From Capnocytophaga stomatis (GTDB lineage Bacteria; Bacteroidota; Bacteroidia; Flavobacteriales; Flavobacteriaceae), in NCBI RefSeq assembly GCF_045110935.1, contig NZ_JBJGWJ010000009.1: 64,000 nt of DNA. One strand, 5' to 3'. Shown here one piece after another: positions 40,997-50,825 of this stretch; the stretch's first letter is position 1, and each line of letters opens with the position of its first letter. Below the pieces are notes generated by a model. The model was not told the origin of the DNA. It saw only the letters and a program-made list of their open reading frames with translations, and made no database searches. The position numbers and the translations under genes were made by a program.

Positions 40997-41992
40997 ATGA
41001 AGTATTCATTCATTATCCCCGTATATAACCGCCCCGAAGAAATTGACGAACTTTTAAGTAGTATATCAAAACAAACATATGAATCTGATTTTGAAGTAGT
41101 TGTTATCGAAGATGGTTCTTCCATTTCTTCAGAAGAGATTTGTAAAAAGTATGAAAGTAAACTGAATATCAACTATATTTTTAAAGAAAATACAGGACCC
41201 GGAGCATCGAGGAATTATGGAATGCAGCGAGCAAAAAATGATTATTTCATAATTTTGGATTCAGATTGCTTATTACCAGAACATTACCTTGAATCTGTTG
41301 ATGATTTTCTTCAAAAAAATTATGTGGATTGCTTTGGAGGTCCTGACACCGCCGATGATAATTTCACGGACATACAAAAAGCAATAAACTATGTAATGAC
41401 CTCATTATTAACCACTGGAGGTATTCGGGGGAATAACAGAAGCGTACAAAAATTTGAGCCACGCAGTTTCAATATGGGACTTTCCCGAAAAGCCTTTGAA
41501 GCTACAGGAGGATTTGGAAAAATACACCCTGGGGAAGACCCTGATTTGGTAATTCGCTTATGGCAGAAAGGATTTAAAACGGCATTCATTGAAGATGCTT
41601 TCGTTTATCACAAACGCAGAATTTCGTGGGCAAAATTCAAAAAACAAGTTAGTAAATTCGGGCAAACGCGTGCCATTCTAAATCACTGGTATCCACACAC
41701 TAAGAAAGTAACTTATTGGCTACCTCTGTGCTTTTCATTGGGGCTGATTTTCTCTGTTTTGTTTGCCTTTTTAGGGCGTCCACAGGGAGTTTTTGTTTAT
41801 GGCTCCTACTTCATTTTTTTAATGTTAGACAGTGCCAGAACAAATAAAAGTATAAAAATCGGCTTTTTATCTGTTTGGGCTATTTTGGTACAGTTTTTTA
41901 GCTATGGTTTTGGCTTTTTGTTTGCAACCGTAAAACTTTGTTTTTCTTCCAAAAAACCCGAAACGTTGTTTCCGCATCTGTTCTTCAAATAA
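40997..41992 (+). CDS. GT2 glycosyltransferase with C-terminal transmembrane segments
   Basis: 331 aa with the motifs FIIPVYNRPEEI…VVIEDGSS…DSDC and about three C-terminal TM helices. Confidence 0.8.
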   Translation: MKYSFIIPVYNRPEEIDELLSSISKQTYESDFEVVVIEDGSSISSEEICKKYESKLNINYIFKENTGPGASRNYGMQRAKNDYFIILDSDCLLPEHYLESVDDFLQKNYVDCFGGPDTADDNFTDIQKAINYVMTSLLTTGGIRGNNRSVQKFEPRSFNMGLSRKAFEATGGFGKIHPGEDPDLVIRLWQKGFKTAFIEDAFVYHKRRISWAKFKKQVSKFGQTRAILNHWYPHTKKVTYWLPLCFSLGLIFSVLFAFLGRPQGVFVYGSYFIFLMLDSARTNKSIKIGFLSVWAILVQFFSYGFGFLFATVKLCFSSKKPETLFPHLFFK

Positions 41993-42067
41993 AATATGGT
42001 GACAAAAGAAAAGATTCTGTAAGTCAATTTAATAACAAAAAAGATAAAAAAATCCTTTTATCTTTTA

Positions 42068-42826
42068 ATGGAATTTCATATCTTTGCACCAGAATTTAAA
42101 ATGCTAAGTATGAATTTAGAAAATAACACTATCGGAGAGATTGTAGCTCAGGATTTTAGAGCTGCGGCAATATTCAAAAAGTACGGAATTGATTTTTGTT
42201 GCAAAGGAGGGCGAACTATCGCAGAAGCTTGTGAGAAAAAAGAAATCAATCAAAATCAGCTAATAAATGAGTTAAAAGCCATTCCGCAAGGAGGAAATGA
42301 AAATCTGAACGTAAGTGATTGGCCTCTTGACCTTTTAGCTAACTATATCGTGCGAATGCATCATAGTTATGTACGAGAAAAAATTCCGTATTTACTGCAA
42401 TTTTTAGATAAACTTTGCAAAGTTCACGGAGACAGACATCCTGAATTACTTGAAATCAATCATCTTTTTACGGAAAGTGCTTTTGATTTGCAAAGTCATC
42501 TGGAAAAAGAAGAACAAATTCTGTTTCCTTTCATTGAAGAATTGGTAAAAGCCTCACAAAATGGTGGGAAAACGCCTGTACCTCACTTCGGAACGGTTGC
42601 CAACCCCATCAAAATGATGGAGCACGAACATAGTGCAGAAGGTGACCGATTTGAAAAAATCGCAACACTGACAGATGGCTACACCCCACCTGCCGACGCT
42701 TGCAACACGTACAGAGTTACCTTTGCGATGCTTCAAGAATTTGAAGATAATTTGCATCGACATATTCATCTGGAAAACAACATTTTATTCCCAAAAGCTG
42801 TTGCATTAGAAAAACAATTGCAATAG
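42068..42826 (+). CDS. Iron-sulfur cluster repair di-iron protein (RIC/ScdA/YtfE family)
   Basis: 252 aa with an N-terminal ScdA_N-like segment (…AIFKKYGIDFCCKGG…) followed by hemerythrin-like His/Glu motifs (…HHSYVRE…, …MMEHEHSAEG…, …HIHLENNILFP). Confidence 0.8.
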   Translation: MEFHIFAPEFKMLSMNLENNTIGEIVAQDFRAAAIFKKYGIDFCCKGGRTIAEACEKKEINQNQLINELKAIPQGGNENLNVSDWPLDLLANYIVRMHHSYVREKIPYLLQFLDKLCKVHGDRHPELLEINHLFTESAFDLQSHLEKEEQILFPFIEELVKASQNGGKTPVPHFGTVANPIKMMEHEHSAEGDRFEKIATLTDGYTPPADACNTYRVTFAMLQEFEDNLHRHIHLENNILFPKAVALEKQLQ

Positions 42827-42827
42827 A

Positions 42828-42885
42828 AAAAACGTTGGAAATTTCAAAAAAACCGAAATTTCCAACGTTTATTTACAATTTTAAT
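42828..42885 (+). terminator. Rho-independent terminator of the RIC gene
   Basis: A perfect stem of about 15 bp (AACGTTGGAAATTTC / GAAATTTCCAACGTT) begins 2 nt after the stop. TTTATTTACAATTTT follows it. Confidence 0.7.
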
Positions 42886-43007
42886 GGGGTTAAATACGCG
42901 AAGATTTTCAAGCAATTTCAAAATAAAATATCTTAAAATCAATTAAAATAAATATATTTTGAATTTTCGTCAGTTCGAGTAAATTTTATCGTAATGAAGT
43001 GAAGATA

Positions 43008-43041
43008 AAATTTGTATCGAGGACTTTTCTCCTCGATACAA
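43008..43041 (+). other. Isolated perfect 12-bp hairpin (TTGTATCGAGGA-CTTTTC-TCCTCGATACAA) in a 300-nt noncoding stretch
   Basis: The inverted repeat is seen directly. It is not needed as a terminator because the RIC terminator lies 130 nt upstream. Confidence 0.4.
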
Positions 43042-43173
43042 TTTGTTCCACTTCGTTACACAAATCACTCGGAGAGACGAGAGAATCTCAGTTTATTTGT
43101 CAGTAAAGATTAAGGATAATTTTTGGCTTTTAGCCTAAATTTTAAATGAATTAACCAATTTTTTTTCTTATTT

Positions 43174-43560
43174 TTGTCACCGTTGAAAAGAAGATTTTAC
43201 ATAGGTGTTTTATTTATAGCTTTTTCCGTGCTTTATAGTAGTTTACGGACAGGAGCGTATTTCACCTATTATCTCTTGGATAATGAGGGATTTACGGAAA
43301 TTTTCTGTCAGAATCAGGACAAACCCGAAATGCATTGCGACGGAAAATGTAAGCTTGCCGATGTAGCTTCTGAAAATGAGAAAAATAACGACTTTAATTT
43401 TGAGAAATTCGCCACAGACTTCAACTGGATTTCTCACGAAAATTTTTCGTATTCCATTTTTGTAAAACAACAACAAAACGCACAACACAAATTTCACTAC
43501 AAAAATCCTCATTGGGAAAAAATCCATTTCGCTATTTTTCATCCACCTATTTTTGTGTAA
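43174..43560 (+). CDS. Hypothetical membrane-anchored protein (128 aa, TTG start in the ORF track)
   Basis: Open frame with an N-terminal hydrophobic segment. There is no in-frame ATG until codon 66, so the call is weak. Confidence 0.3.
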   Translation: MSPLKRRFYIGVLFIAFSVLYSSLRTGAYFTYYLLDNEGFTEIFCQNQDKPEMHCDGKCKLADVASENEKNNDFNFEKFATDFNWISHENFSYSIFVKQQQNAQHKFHYKNPHWEKIHFAIFHPPIFV

Positions 43561-43739
43561 CTTTCTTCATTTTTGATTGATTTTTGTCATCAATATACTG
43601 ATTTTGTCAGGTTGAACGAAATCGAAGCCCCGACATTGCAAAACTCAATCTTTCAATATTTTGGAGATAAAAAGATATCTTCAAAGGGGTTTTATATTCC
43701 AAAAACAACGAAAATTATTAATTTAAATAGCAATTTAAG

Positions 43740-44699
43740 ATGAAAATAGCAACATATATCACCATTTTATTTACTTTTTTGATTGTTTCTTGCTCGAAAG
43801 ATGATAAAAATATCGAAAAACCGATTGAAGAAACAAAAAATATCAGTCCCGCTGCGCCTTCTGATGCTCCTACGTCTTCGGATAAGCTCAAAGAAGTGGC
43901 AAATTTCACCGAAAATAATCACTTAATTTCCGTAAAAACTGTCAATGGAGCTTTATACACAGGATATAATGATGTTTACATCACCATTACAGATGTAAAA
44001 ACGAGTAAAGCATTATCACCTGAAAAAATAAATTTCTTGCCTATGATGCGTATGTACGACAATGGCGATTCGAAAAAAATCAAGCATTCACATTCGTGTC
44101 CGCATACCGAAAATTTAACACAAGTACACAATAATCATTACCGAGGATACGCTGTCTTTCAGATGAATACGGGCGAACTTGGACATTGGGATTTGAATTT
44201 GAATTACACCATTTCAGGCAAAGAATTTCAGGTTAAGGAACAACGCATCGAAATTCAGAAACAACCTAAAGAAAGTCATCTGAAATTTACAAGATTCAAA
44301 GGAAAAGACGGAAAAATGTATATTCTGGCACTTATTAGCCCAATGCAGCACCGTAACGGACGTAATGACAATGTTATAGCCGGTTTATTCAAGGCCGAAT
44401 CGATGGTTTCTTTTCCGCAGGCAAAAGGTTTTTCACTTTTGTTAGACCCACGTATGCCCGGTGCTGATATGCAAAATCATTCTACACCTTTTGACGACTT
44501 TAAAGCCCTACCCGATGGCTTCCACAAAGCCAATATTAACTATTCAATGAGTGGTTACTGGGAATTGAATTTCCAAATAAAAAACACTGAGGGTGAAGTC
44601 ATTGCAGGAACGGAAATCCCCAAAACTCCGAAAACCAAAGAAGATTTTGATGCCGTTAGTGAGGTACATTTACGAATAGATATTCCGGAAGGAAAATAA
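43740..44699 (+). CDS. Hypothetical lipoprotein (319 aa) upstream of a TonB-dependent receptor
   Basis: Signal peptide plus lipobox (LIVSCSKDD). A His/Cys cluster (KHSHSCPH) may bind metal. Confidence 0.55.
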   Translation: MKIATYITILFTFLIVSCSKDDKNIEKPIEETKNISPAAPSDAPTSSDKLKEVANFTENNHLISVKTVNGALYTGYNDVYITITDVKTSKALSPEKINFLPMMRMYDNGDSKKIKHSHSCPHTENLTQVHNNHYRGYAVFQMNTGELGHWDLNLNYTISGKEFQVKEQRIEIQKQPKESHLKFTRFKGKDGKMYILALISPMQHRNGRNDNVIAGLFKAESMVSFPQAKGFSLLLDPRMPGADMQNHSTPFDDFKALPDGFHKANINYSMSGYWELNFQIKNTEGEVIAGTEIPKTPKTKEDFDAVSEVHLRIDIPEGK

Positions 44700-45045
44700 T
44701 TTTTTAGTATGAAAAGTATGGTAAGGTCTCTTTTTACTTGAAAAATCTTCAAAATAAAAATTGATTTTACCATATTTTTTAAAAAATGTGTTAAGTTAAT
44801 CATTTATTTTCATATATGTACTTTTGTCTTAAAACAAAAGTACCAAAAATTCAAGGCTGTGGATACTCTGCTAAAAATCAAATCATTTCACTGAAAATCT
44901 CCAAACTCGCTGACGCTCAATCAATGGATATTTTCTACGCTCCATTCATTGATTTTATTAACGCTCCGTCTCCAATGCCAGTAAAATCACAACAAAAATA
45001 CTCAAAATCAACACTTAATTACAAAATAAAATATGTATTTAAGTA

Positions 45046-47070
45046 ATGACCTCTAAAAATGTGTTACAACGAATGAAAAAAATTCTTTTCGGCATAACTG
45101 TTTTGTTATCAGGGATTTTGTTTGCCCAAAAAACGCAAGAAAAAGACAGTGTGGTTCATCTTTCGGAAGTGATTATCAAAGGTTTGAAGGAAAATCTTCC
45201 AGAGCAGAAAATAAGTCATTCTGTGGAAGATTATCTGCAATCTTCGCAAAATGTAAATTTAATCCGCAGGGGGGCGTACGCTTTTGAGCCTGTGCTGAAT
45301 AATATGTTTAGCGAGCGTTCGGTGGTTACCATCGATGGAATGCGGATTTTTGGGGCGTGTACGGACAAAATGGACCCTGTGACCTCCTATGTGGAAATGC
45401 ATAACTTATCCGACATCAGTATTAGTTCGGGGCAAGAGGGCAGTCATTACGGCACCACCATTGGCGGAAATATCGACCTGAAACCTCAAAAAGTGCATTT
45501 TTCGGCAAAACCTCAGTGGAAAAATACATTGCAAACCAGCTTGAAAAGCAATAATTTGGAACGTTTTGCGATGGGGAATACACTTTTTTCTTCTGGAAAT
45601 TTTGGGGCAAGTATCTCTTTTTCACATCGAAAGGCAGATAATTATCGTGATGGAAATCAGCAACTTGTAAAATATTCGCAGTACGAAAAAAGCAATGTTG
45701 CGGCAAACGTAGGTTTTAAAATTGGCAAACGTGATGTGATTCGTGGGAATGTGATTTACGATTCGGCTAAAAACATTGGTTATCCGGCACTTCCGATGGA
45801 CGTTTCAAAAGCCAGAGCCTTGATTTCGATGCTTACACATACACATTATTTTGAAAATCAAAACTTTGAACTTTGGGAAACGAAACTGTATTACAATGAT
45901 ATTTATCACGAAATGGACGATTCATTTCGGGAGGAAGGCGATAAACTTCCGGTGAAAATGGATATGCCCGGAAGAAGCGAAACCTTTGGTGGGATTTCAA
46001 AAATTCGTTGGAAGAAAAATCGTTTTTCGCAAGATATTCGCTTGAATACTTTTCATAATCTTTCCACTGCCGAAATGACGATGTACTACCGAACCGGCGG
46101 CACGATGTTTACTTACACTTGGCCTAAGGTAGCTACCAAAAATGTCAATATTTTTGTGGAAAATCAATGGAAAATATCTGAAAATCAAAAAATAACTTTT
46201 AATGGGAATTTGGGTTGGCAAAATAATTACGTAAAAAGCGATGTGGGCTACAATCTGAATCAAGTATTTCATCGGTTTGAGCGAAGTAAAAATAGGATTT
46301 TGCCCAGTTTGTATGGTTCGTACTTGTGGCAGGGTCAAGACTGGGAGATTTCGGCGGGTGCGGGTTGGGGACAGCGAGCTCCTTCTGTTTCAGAAAGTTA
46401 TGGTTTTTATTTGTTTAACAGCTCGGACGGATATGATTACATCGGGAATCCGAATTTGGGTAATGAAACTTCGTGGGAAGGAAATTTTTCTGCTCAATAT
46501 GCTAAAAATCAGTGGAAAGTTGCTTTTAAAAGTAGTTTTTTCCATATTCAGAATTACATCTTTGGGCAACCTTTCGGCGAACCTGCTTGGCAGATGACGC
46601 CCCTCGGAGCCGAAAAACGAGGTTTGAAAATGTACGAATCATTGCCACACGCCAATCAGCTTAATGTTTCAATGCAAACAGAATACAATTTCGGAAAATA
46701 TTGGCTTTGGAAAAACACATTGGGTTATGCTTACGGAGCTGATTTTAAAGTAAATCCGCTTCCGTTTGTGCGTCCGCCTTATTATTTATCGTCTGTAGCC
46801 TTTCGCAAAAATCGTTTTTCTTCGGAAGTCACTGTTGAAGGCGATTTGAAGCAAACCCGATTCAGTACGGCTTACGGCGAGGACGCCACTCCCGCATATA
46901 CGCTAACAAATCTTTCAGTTTCATACGTATTGCCTTTTGGTTCGCATCAGATTGATTTTCAACTAGAAGTAGAAAATCTACTCGACACTTATTACACCAC
47001 CTATGCCGACTGGAAAAACTTTCCCCGAATGGGACGAAATATCATTTTGGGAGTGAAGTATCAGTTTTAA
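45046..47070 (+). CDS. TonB-dependent outer-membrane receptor
   Basis: 674 aa with a signal peptide and a plug-like N-terminal region. It has beta-barrel-type alternating hydrophobicity and a C-terminal aromatic residue (…LGVKYQF). Confidence 0.85.
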   Translation: MTSKNVLQRMKKILFGITVLLSGILFAQKTQEKDSVVHLSEVIIKGLKENLPEQKISHSVEDYLQSSQNVNLIRRGAYAFEPVLNNMFSERSVVTIDGMRIFGACTDKMDPVTSYVEMHNLSDISISSGQEGSHYGTTIGGNIDLKPQKVHFSAKPQWKNTLQTSLKSNNLERFAMGNTLFSSGNFGASISFSHRKADNYRDGNQQLVKYSQYEKSNVAANVGFKIGKRDVIRGNVIYDSAKNIGYPALPMDVSKARALISMLTHTHYFENQNFELWETKLYYNDIYHEMDDSFREEGDKLPVKMDMPGRSETFGGISKIRWKKNRFSQDIRLNTFHNLSTAEMTMYYRTGGTMFTYTWPKVATKNVNIFVENQWKISENQKITFNGNLGWQNNYVKSDVGYNLNQVFHRFERSKNRILPSLYGSYLWQGQDWEISAGAGWGQRAPSVSESYGFYLFNSSDGYDYIGNPNLGNETSWEGNFSAQYAKNQWKVAFKSSFFHIQNYIFGQPFGEPAWQMTPLGAEKRGLKMYESLPHANQLNVSMQTEYNFGKYWLWKNTLGYAYGADFKVNPLPFVRPPYYLSSVAFRKNRFSSEVTVEGDLKQTRFSTAYGEDATPAYTLTNLSVSYVLPFGSHQIDFQLEVENLLDTYYTTYADWKNFPRMGRNIILGVKYQF

Positions 47071-47172
47071 GTTTTTATAGAATATTTTTCTTTAAAATAC
47101 ATATTTTTTAGTTTTTGACAAGTGTTTAAATAATGGTGATTATCGTTAATCGAAGCAGGTTAAGATATTTTT

Positions 47173-47205
47173 AAAGGAACGAGTAATTTCGTTCCTTTTT
47201 ATTTC
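47173..47205 (+). terminator. Rho-independent terminator of the TonB-dependent receptor gene
   Basis: A 10-bp stem (AAAGGAACGA/TCGTTCCTTT) with a 6-nt loop, followed by TTATTTCTTT. Confidence 0.7.
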
Positions 47206-47269
47206 TTTAATCTTCTTTCCAATTAAATTTTATTCTTTTCATTTGTAGTTTATTACAAAAAAGTTACAT

Positions 47270-48550
47270 TTGCGGTTCATAACCTCAATTTCAACAATGG
47301 CAAAACGAATCAAACCCATCAAATGTCCGCAGTGTGGTGGCACACAGGCAACCGAAACCAAAACCGATTATTACCGCTGCAACAGCTGTAAATCAGAGTT
47401 TTTTATTGATAATGACGATATTAACATCAATCATCGGCACAGTTATGATACGCCTCAGTTTTCGGCAAAACATCTAAAAGCACTCAAATTTTTAGGGCTT
47501 GGGATAGCCGTGTTTTTTCTGATGATGATGGCAATACCATTACTTCCTTCGAGAACAACATACTCTCCGTCTGCTGTTCAAGAAAATAAGCCCTATTGGG
47601 ATATTGAAGCAGTTATCCCCACAGCCAACAAAGAGGGCGAACCCATTGCCATAGCGGTGGGCGACATCGTTTCAGGGAATTATCCTAACCAAACTTACAA
47701 GCCCAATTTTGGATTTTTTCACGCCACAACCTTTAAAGAAATCGCTGCCGTGCCGATTGATATAGAAAAAGTTGGTGATGTTTCTTATAAAAAAATGGAC
47801 GAAGGCAAAACCTATATCGTCATCAATAAAAATCGCCTGTTTTTATTAGACGAGAACACATTGAGCATCAGTGAAGTAACACCGCAAACCATCGGACTGC
47901 CTGAATTTGAAAAAGGCTTTGCCGAAATAGACACAAACAGTGCCTATGAAAATTCACTTGAAATAACCAATAATTTAGGCAAAGAGTATTATTATTTTCC
48001 CAAGCTTAATCAGGCGATTTTATATGGAAATCGTAAAGAAATGGATCAGCTGATTGCCCAAAATCCGATTGCTCCACAAGGAGTAACTCGATTTGTTTTT
48101 TCAAGAAAAGGTGATGATAAATTACCTGAGCTTTTTAAAGTAAAAAGACAAGGACAAGTGGGGTATCCATATAAGAGGTATTTTTTTCGCTGGTTCAAAG
48201 GTGAGTTATATATAGACAAAGAGTCTCAAGTTGTATCTTATGAGAATTTTACCCCTGAACGATTTTATTTTAAACCTGAAGTATTGCACTATGATGACAA
48301 AGAAGTGTTTATCTATTTTAAGCACGAATGGGCAGAAAGTAGTCCCTACTTTTTTCAAGTGCTTGATGCTCAGACAGGCGAAGTGAAATTTACCTTGCAA
48401 AGTAACAAGGATATAACCTATCTAAGCTCGTCAGAAGTTGCCAAAATAAAAGAGGGGTATTTGGTAGCACCCTACGATGTTTTTCTGCTTAACATCCAAG
48501 AAGGAAAATTAGAAAAAAGCGAACTTAGAGAAAAATTAACCCAGAGGTAA
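47270..48550 (+). CDS. Hypothetical protein with an N-terminal zinc ribbon, one TM helix and a large extracytoplasmic domain
   Basis: A CPQCGG…CNSC zinc ribbon is followed by a TM helix (LGLGIAVFFLMMMAIPLL) and a soluble domain of about 330 aa. The likely start is MAKRIKP at 47297. Confidence 0.5.
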   Translation: MRFITSISTMAKRIKPIKCPQCGGTQATETKTDYYRCNSCKSEFFIDNDDININHRHSYDTPQFSAKHLKALKFLGLGIAVFFLMMMAIPLLPSRTTYSPSAVQENKPYWDIEAVIPTANKEGEPIAIAVGDIVSGNYPNQTYKPNFGFFHATTFKEIAAVPIDIEKVGDVSYKKMDEGKTYIVINKNRLFLLDENTLSISEVTPQTIGLPEFEKGFAEIDTNSAYENSLEITNNLGKEYYYFPKLNQAILYGNRKEMDQLIAQNPIAPQGVTRFVFSRKGDDKLPELFKVKRQGQVGYPYKRYFFRWFKGELYIDKESQVVSYENFTPERFYFKPEVLHYDDKEVFIYFKHEWAESSPYFFQVLDAQTGEVKFTLQSNKDITYLSSSEVAKIKEGYLVAPYDVFLLNIQEGKLEKSELREKLTQR

Positions 48551-48595
48551 AGTGCATATAATCAAATTATTAACTATTGCGAAATGATGATTTGA

Positions 48596-48976
48596 ATGAT
48601 GAAAATAGAAAAATCGGACAAACATACAGCCTACGATGATATAAAATTATTGCTCAATCAAGCGAGGAATAATGTTGTGGTTCAGGTAAATAGCATTTTA
48701 CTGAAAACCTATTGGCAAATCGGCAAAATCATCGTTACAGACGAACAAAACAATGCCGACCGAGCCGAATACGGCACAAACCTTCTGAAAAACTTGTCCA
48801 AACAACTCACAAAAGAATTTGGCAAGGGTTTTTCAAAATCTAATCTATTCAATATGAGGAGGTTTTATCTGTTATACCCAAAATTCCAGACACTGTCTGG
48901 AATTTTGAACTGGTCTCATTACGGCGAACTTTTTTCATTACAGACGACCACAAAAAGGGACGGAAGCCAAATATAG
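48596..48976 (+). pseudogene. 5' fragment of a DUF1016/YhcG-type PDDEXK nuclease gene (truncated after about 126 codons)
   Basis: The N-terminal domain resembles YhcG-like proteins (…AYDDIKLLLNQARNNVVVQVNSILLKTYWQIGKIIV…AEYGTNLLKNLSKQLTKEFGKGFSKSNLFNMRRFY…NWSHYGELFSL). The frame then ends. Full-length family members are about 340 aa or more with a C-terminal PDDEXK domain. Confidence 0.6.
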
Positions 48977-49007
48977 GTGCCAAAAAATCAATTTTTAAAA
49001 CAGTATT

Positions 49008-49328
49008 ATGTATATAGATTTAGAAGATAATCTAACCAAAAAATATTATAAAGAAATTGTAGAAAAAGCGATATTGATAGCCAAAGAGACGTGTGATTGC
49101 TCTCCGAATAATCCTATAAATATTTCTTTTTATAATCAACTGCTGGATATTAAAAATTCTGTTATTGACAACAGTGAAATTTACACCAAAGAAGAAGCCT
49201 ATAAAAAGTATCCGATGGCGGTAATTGTAACTAAAAATTTTATTGGAGAAGAAGGAGAAACTGATTATGCGAAAATGTTAAAAGATATTGTATGGGGTAT
49301 TTCATTGTATCCCAATATGTCAGAATAA
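49008..49328 (+). CDS. Hypothetical protein (106 aa)
   Basis: Open frame only, with no recognisable motifs. Confidence 0.4.
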   Translation: MYIDLEDNLTKKYYKEIVEKAILIAKETCDCSPNNPINISFYNQLLDIKNSVIDNSEIYTKEEAYKKYPMAVIVTKNFIGEEGETDYAKMLKDIVWGISLYPNMSE

Positions 49329-49420
49329 TAATATTATAGATTGTATTTTCCTAAATACCAAAAAGTTTATAACTTTGACATTACAGACAACATCGTTTTA
49401 AAAATAAAGTAGCTATAAAA

Positions 49421-49690
49421 ATGGAAAAATGCAAAGTGAATACAAGAAATAAACGCGTGTCGATGCTTTTGCTCTCAACCATTGGTTTTTTGCTGGGTGT
49501 GGCGGTCTATTTATTTGGTTTAATGGTCTCAAATTCAGAGACTTCATTGATAGACCCCACGTTTAAAGAATTATTGCGAAATGTTGATTATTTTATTTTG
49601 TTTGTGTACGGAATCATAGGCTTGGTAACGCTGTATATGTTGATAAAGTTATCATACCAATTCAAAAGAATTTATAGTACATTATTCTAA
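49421..49690 (+). CDS. Hypothetical two-TM membrane protein (89 aa)
   Basis: Open frame with two hydrophobic helices. Confidence 0.4.
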   Translation: MEKCKVNTRNKRVSMLLLSTIGFLLGVAVYLFGLMVSNSETSLIDPTFKELLRNVDYFILFVYGIIGLVTLYMLIKLSYQFKRIYSTLF

Positions 49691-49750
49691 ATTATTTGAC
49701 GAACATAATTTGAAAAATATATAGAATGGATGTTGACACCTTTAAAATAA

Positions 49751-50230
49751 ATGACAATGAAAATAAAAAATCTTAAAAATACCAATACAAGAGCGGTCTT
49801 ATTTATTGAGGCTACTAATGAGCGACCGCTTCCCGATGGTAACAAGGGCATATTAGGCAACAATGGTATTTTAAACCAAGTGATAAACGTTCATCGTCCT
49901 TTTGCTCCGAAAAATGGAGGTATTGGTGATTTAGGTTTTATCATCATCACCTCTAAAAAAGAGTATTTTTATGCTTTTGATTACTCAAAAGACTTACAAG
50001 GGTGGACATATCAAATAATGCGTGGAGCAGAAATTTTGGATATAAAAATTGGACAAATAAGAGAAAACCAATTTCAGATTTTAAATGGCAGTGTTTATTT
50101 ATTGTCGGATTGTGAGTTTGAAGGATATAATTTTTATACACAAGATGATTTTGGAAATCAGGTTGTTGATAAAAAAAGAAGGGCTTTAAATAAAGCAAAT
50201 GTGCTTTCTGAAAAAGATTTTATAAAATAA
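49751..50230 (+). CDS. Hypothetical protein (159 aa)
   Basis: Open frame only. Confidence 0.45.
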   Translation: MTMKIKNLKNTNTRAVLFIEATNERPLPDGNKGILGNNGILNQVINVHRPFAPKNGGIGDLGFIIITSKKEYFYAFDYSKDLQGWTYQIMRGAEILDIKIGQIRENQFQILNGSVYLLSDCEFEGYNFYTQDDFGNQVVDKKRRALNKANVLSEKDFIK

Positions 50231-50244
50231 AAACATAAATAAAA

Positions 50245-50598
50245 ATGACCATCAAAAAAATCTACGCCTGTTGGGTATATGTCAGCGATTTGGAAGTTTC
50301 TAAAAGATTCTTTCAAGAATTGGGCTTTGTGCTGAAATTTCAGCAGGAAGATTGGGTAGAATTTGATTTAGGGGCGACTTCTTTTGCCATTCTTAAACGC
50401 CCTGCCGAAAAAGGAAAGGTTAAACCACAAAAAACGCGAATTATGTTTGAAGTGGGCGACATAGAATCTCTTTACGAGGAACTAAAAAGCAAAAATGTCC
50501 GCTTTATTGGCACTATCCGATATGAAAATTACGGAAAACTGCTCACCTTTGAAGACCCCGATGGCAATTGGTTGGAGTTTTTTGAGAATAAAAAATAA
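50245..50598 (+). CDS. VOC/glyoxalase-family protein
   Basis: 117 aa with the start MTIKKIYACWVYVSDLEVSKRFF… typical of glyoxalase/bleomycin-resistance-like proteins. Confidence 0.6.
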   Translation: MTIKKIYACWVYVSDLEVSKRFFQELGFVLKFQQEDWVEFDLGATSFAILKRPAEKGKVKPQKTRIMFEVGDIESLYEELKSKNVRFIGTIRYENYGKLLTFEDPDGNWLEFFENKK

Positions 50599-50825
50599 TA
50601 ATGTTGTTCATTTTTATTATTTCTCTTGGATAAAAGCAAAAAAGGCAAAAAAAACTAAAAATCAGTTTTTTCTTAGGAGGATTTGTTGTATATTATAGCA
50701 TATTGGCAATTTTTAAACAAAAAGGACTGGAAAATGAAATTAATTTTATATCTTTGAAGATATAAGTTTTACACACTAAATGTAAGCAACCACAAAAAAT
50801 AACTTAACGATAAAATCAAAAAACG

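Noticed and set aside
44700-45045. Possible cobalamin or other riboswitch in the 345-nt leader of the TonB-dependent receptor
   Set aside because: There is no B12-box (GCCACTG) or other recognisable aptamer core. The 76-aa ORF 44816-45046 in this region has no coding character and is probably spurious.
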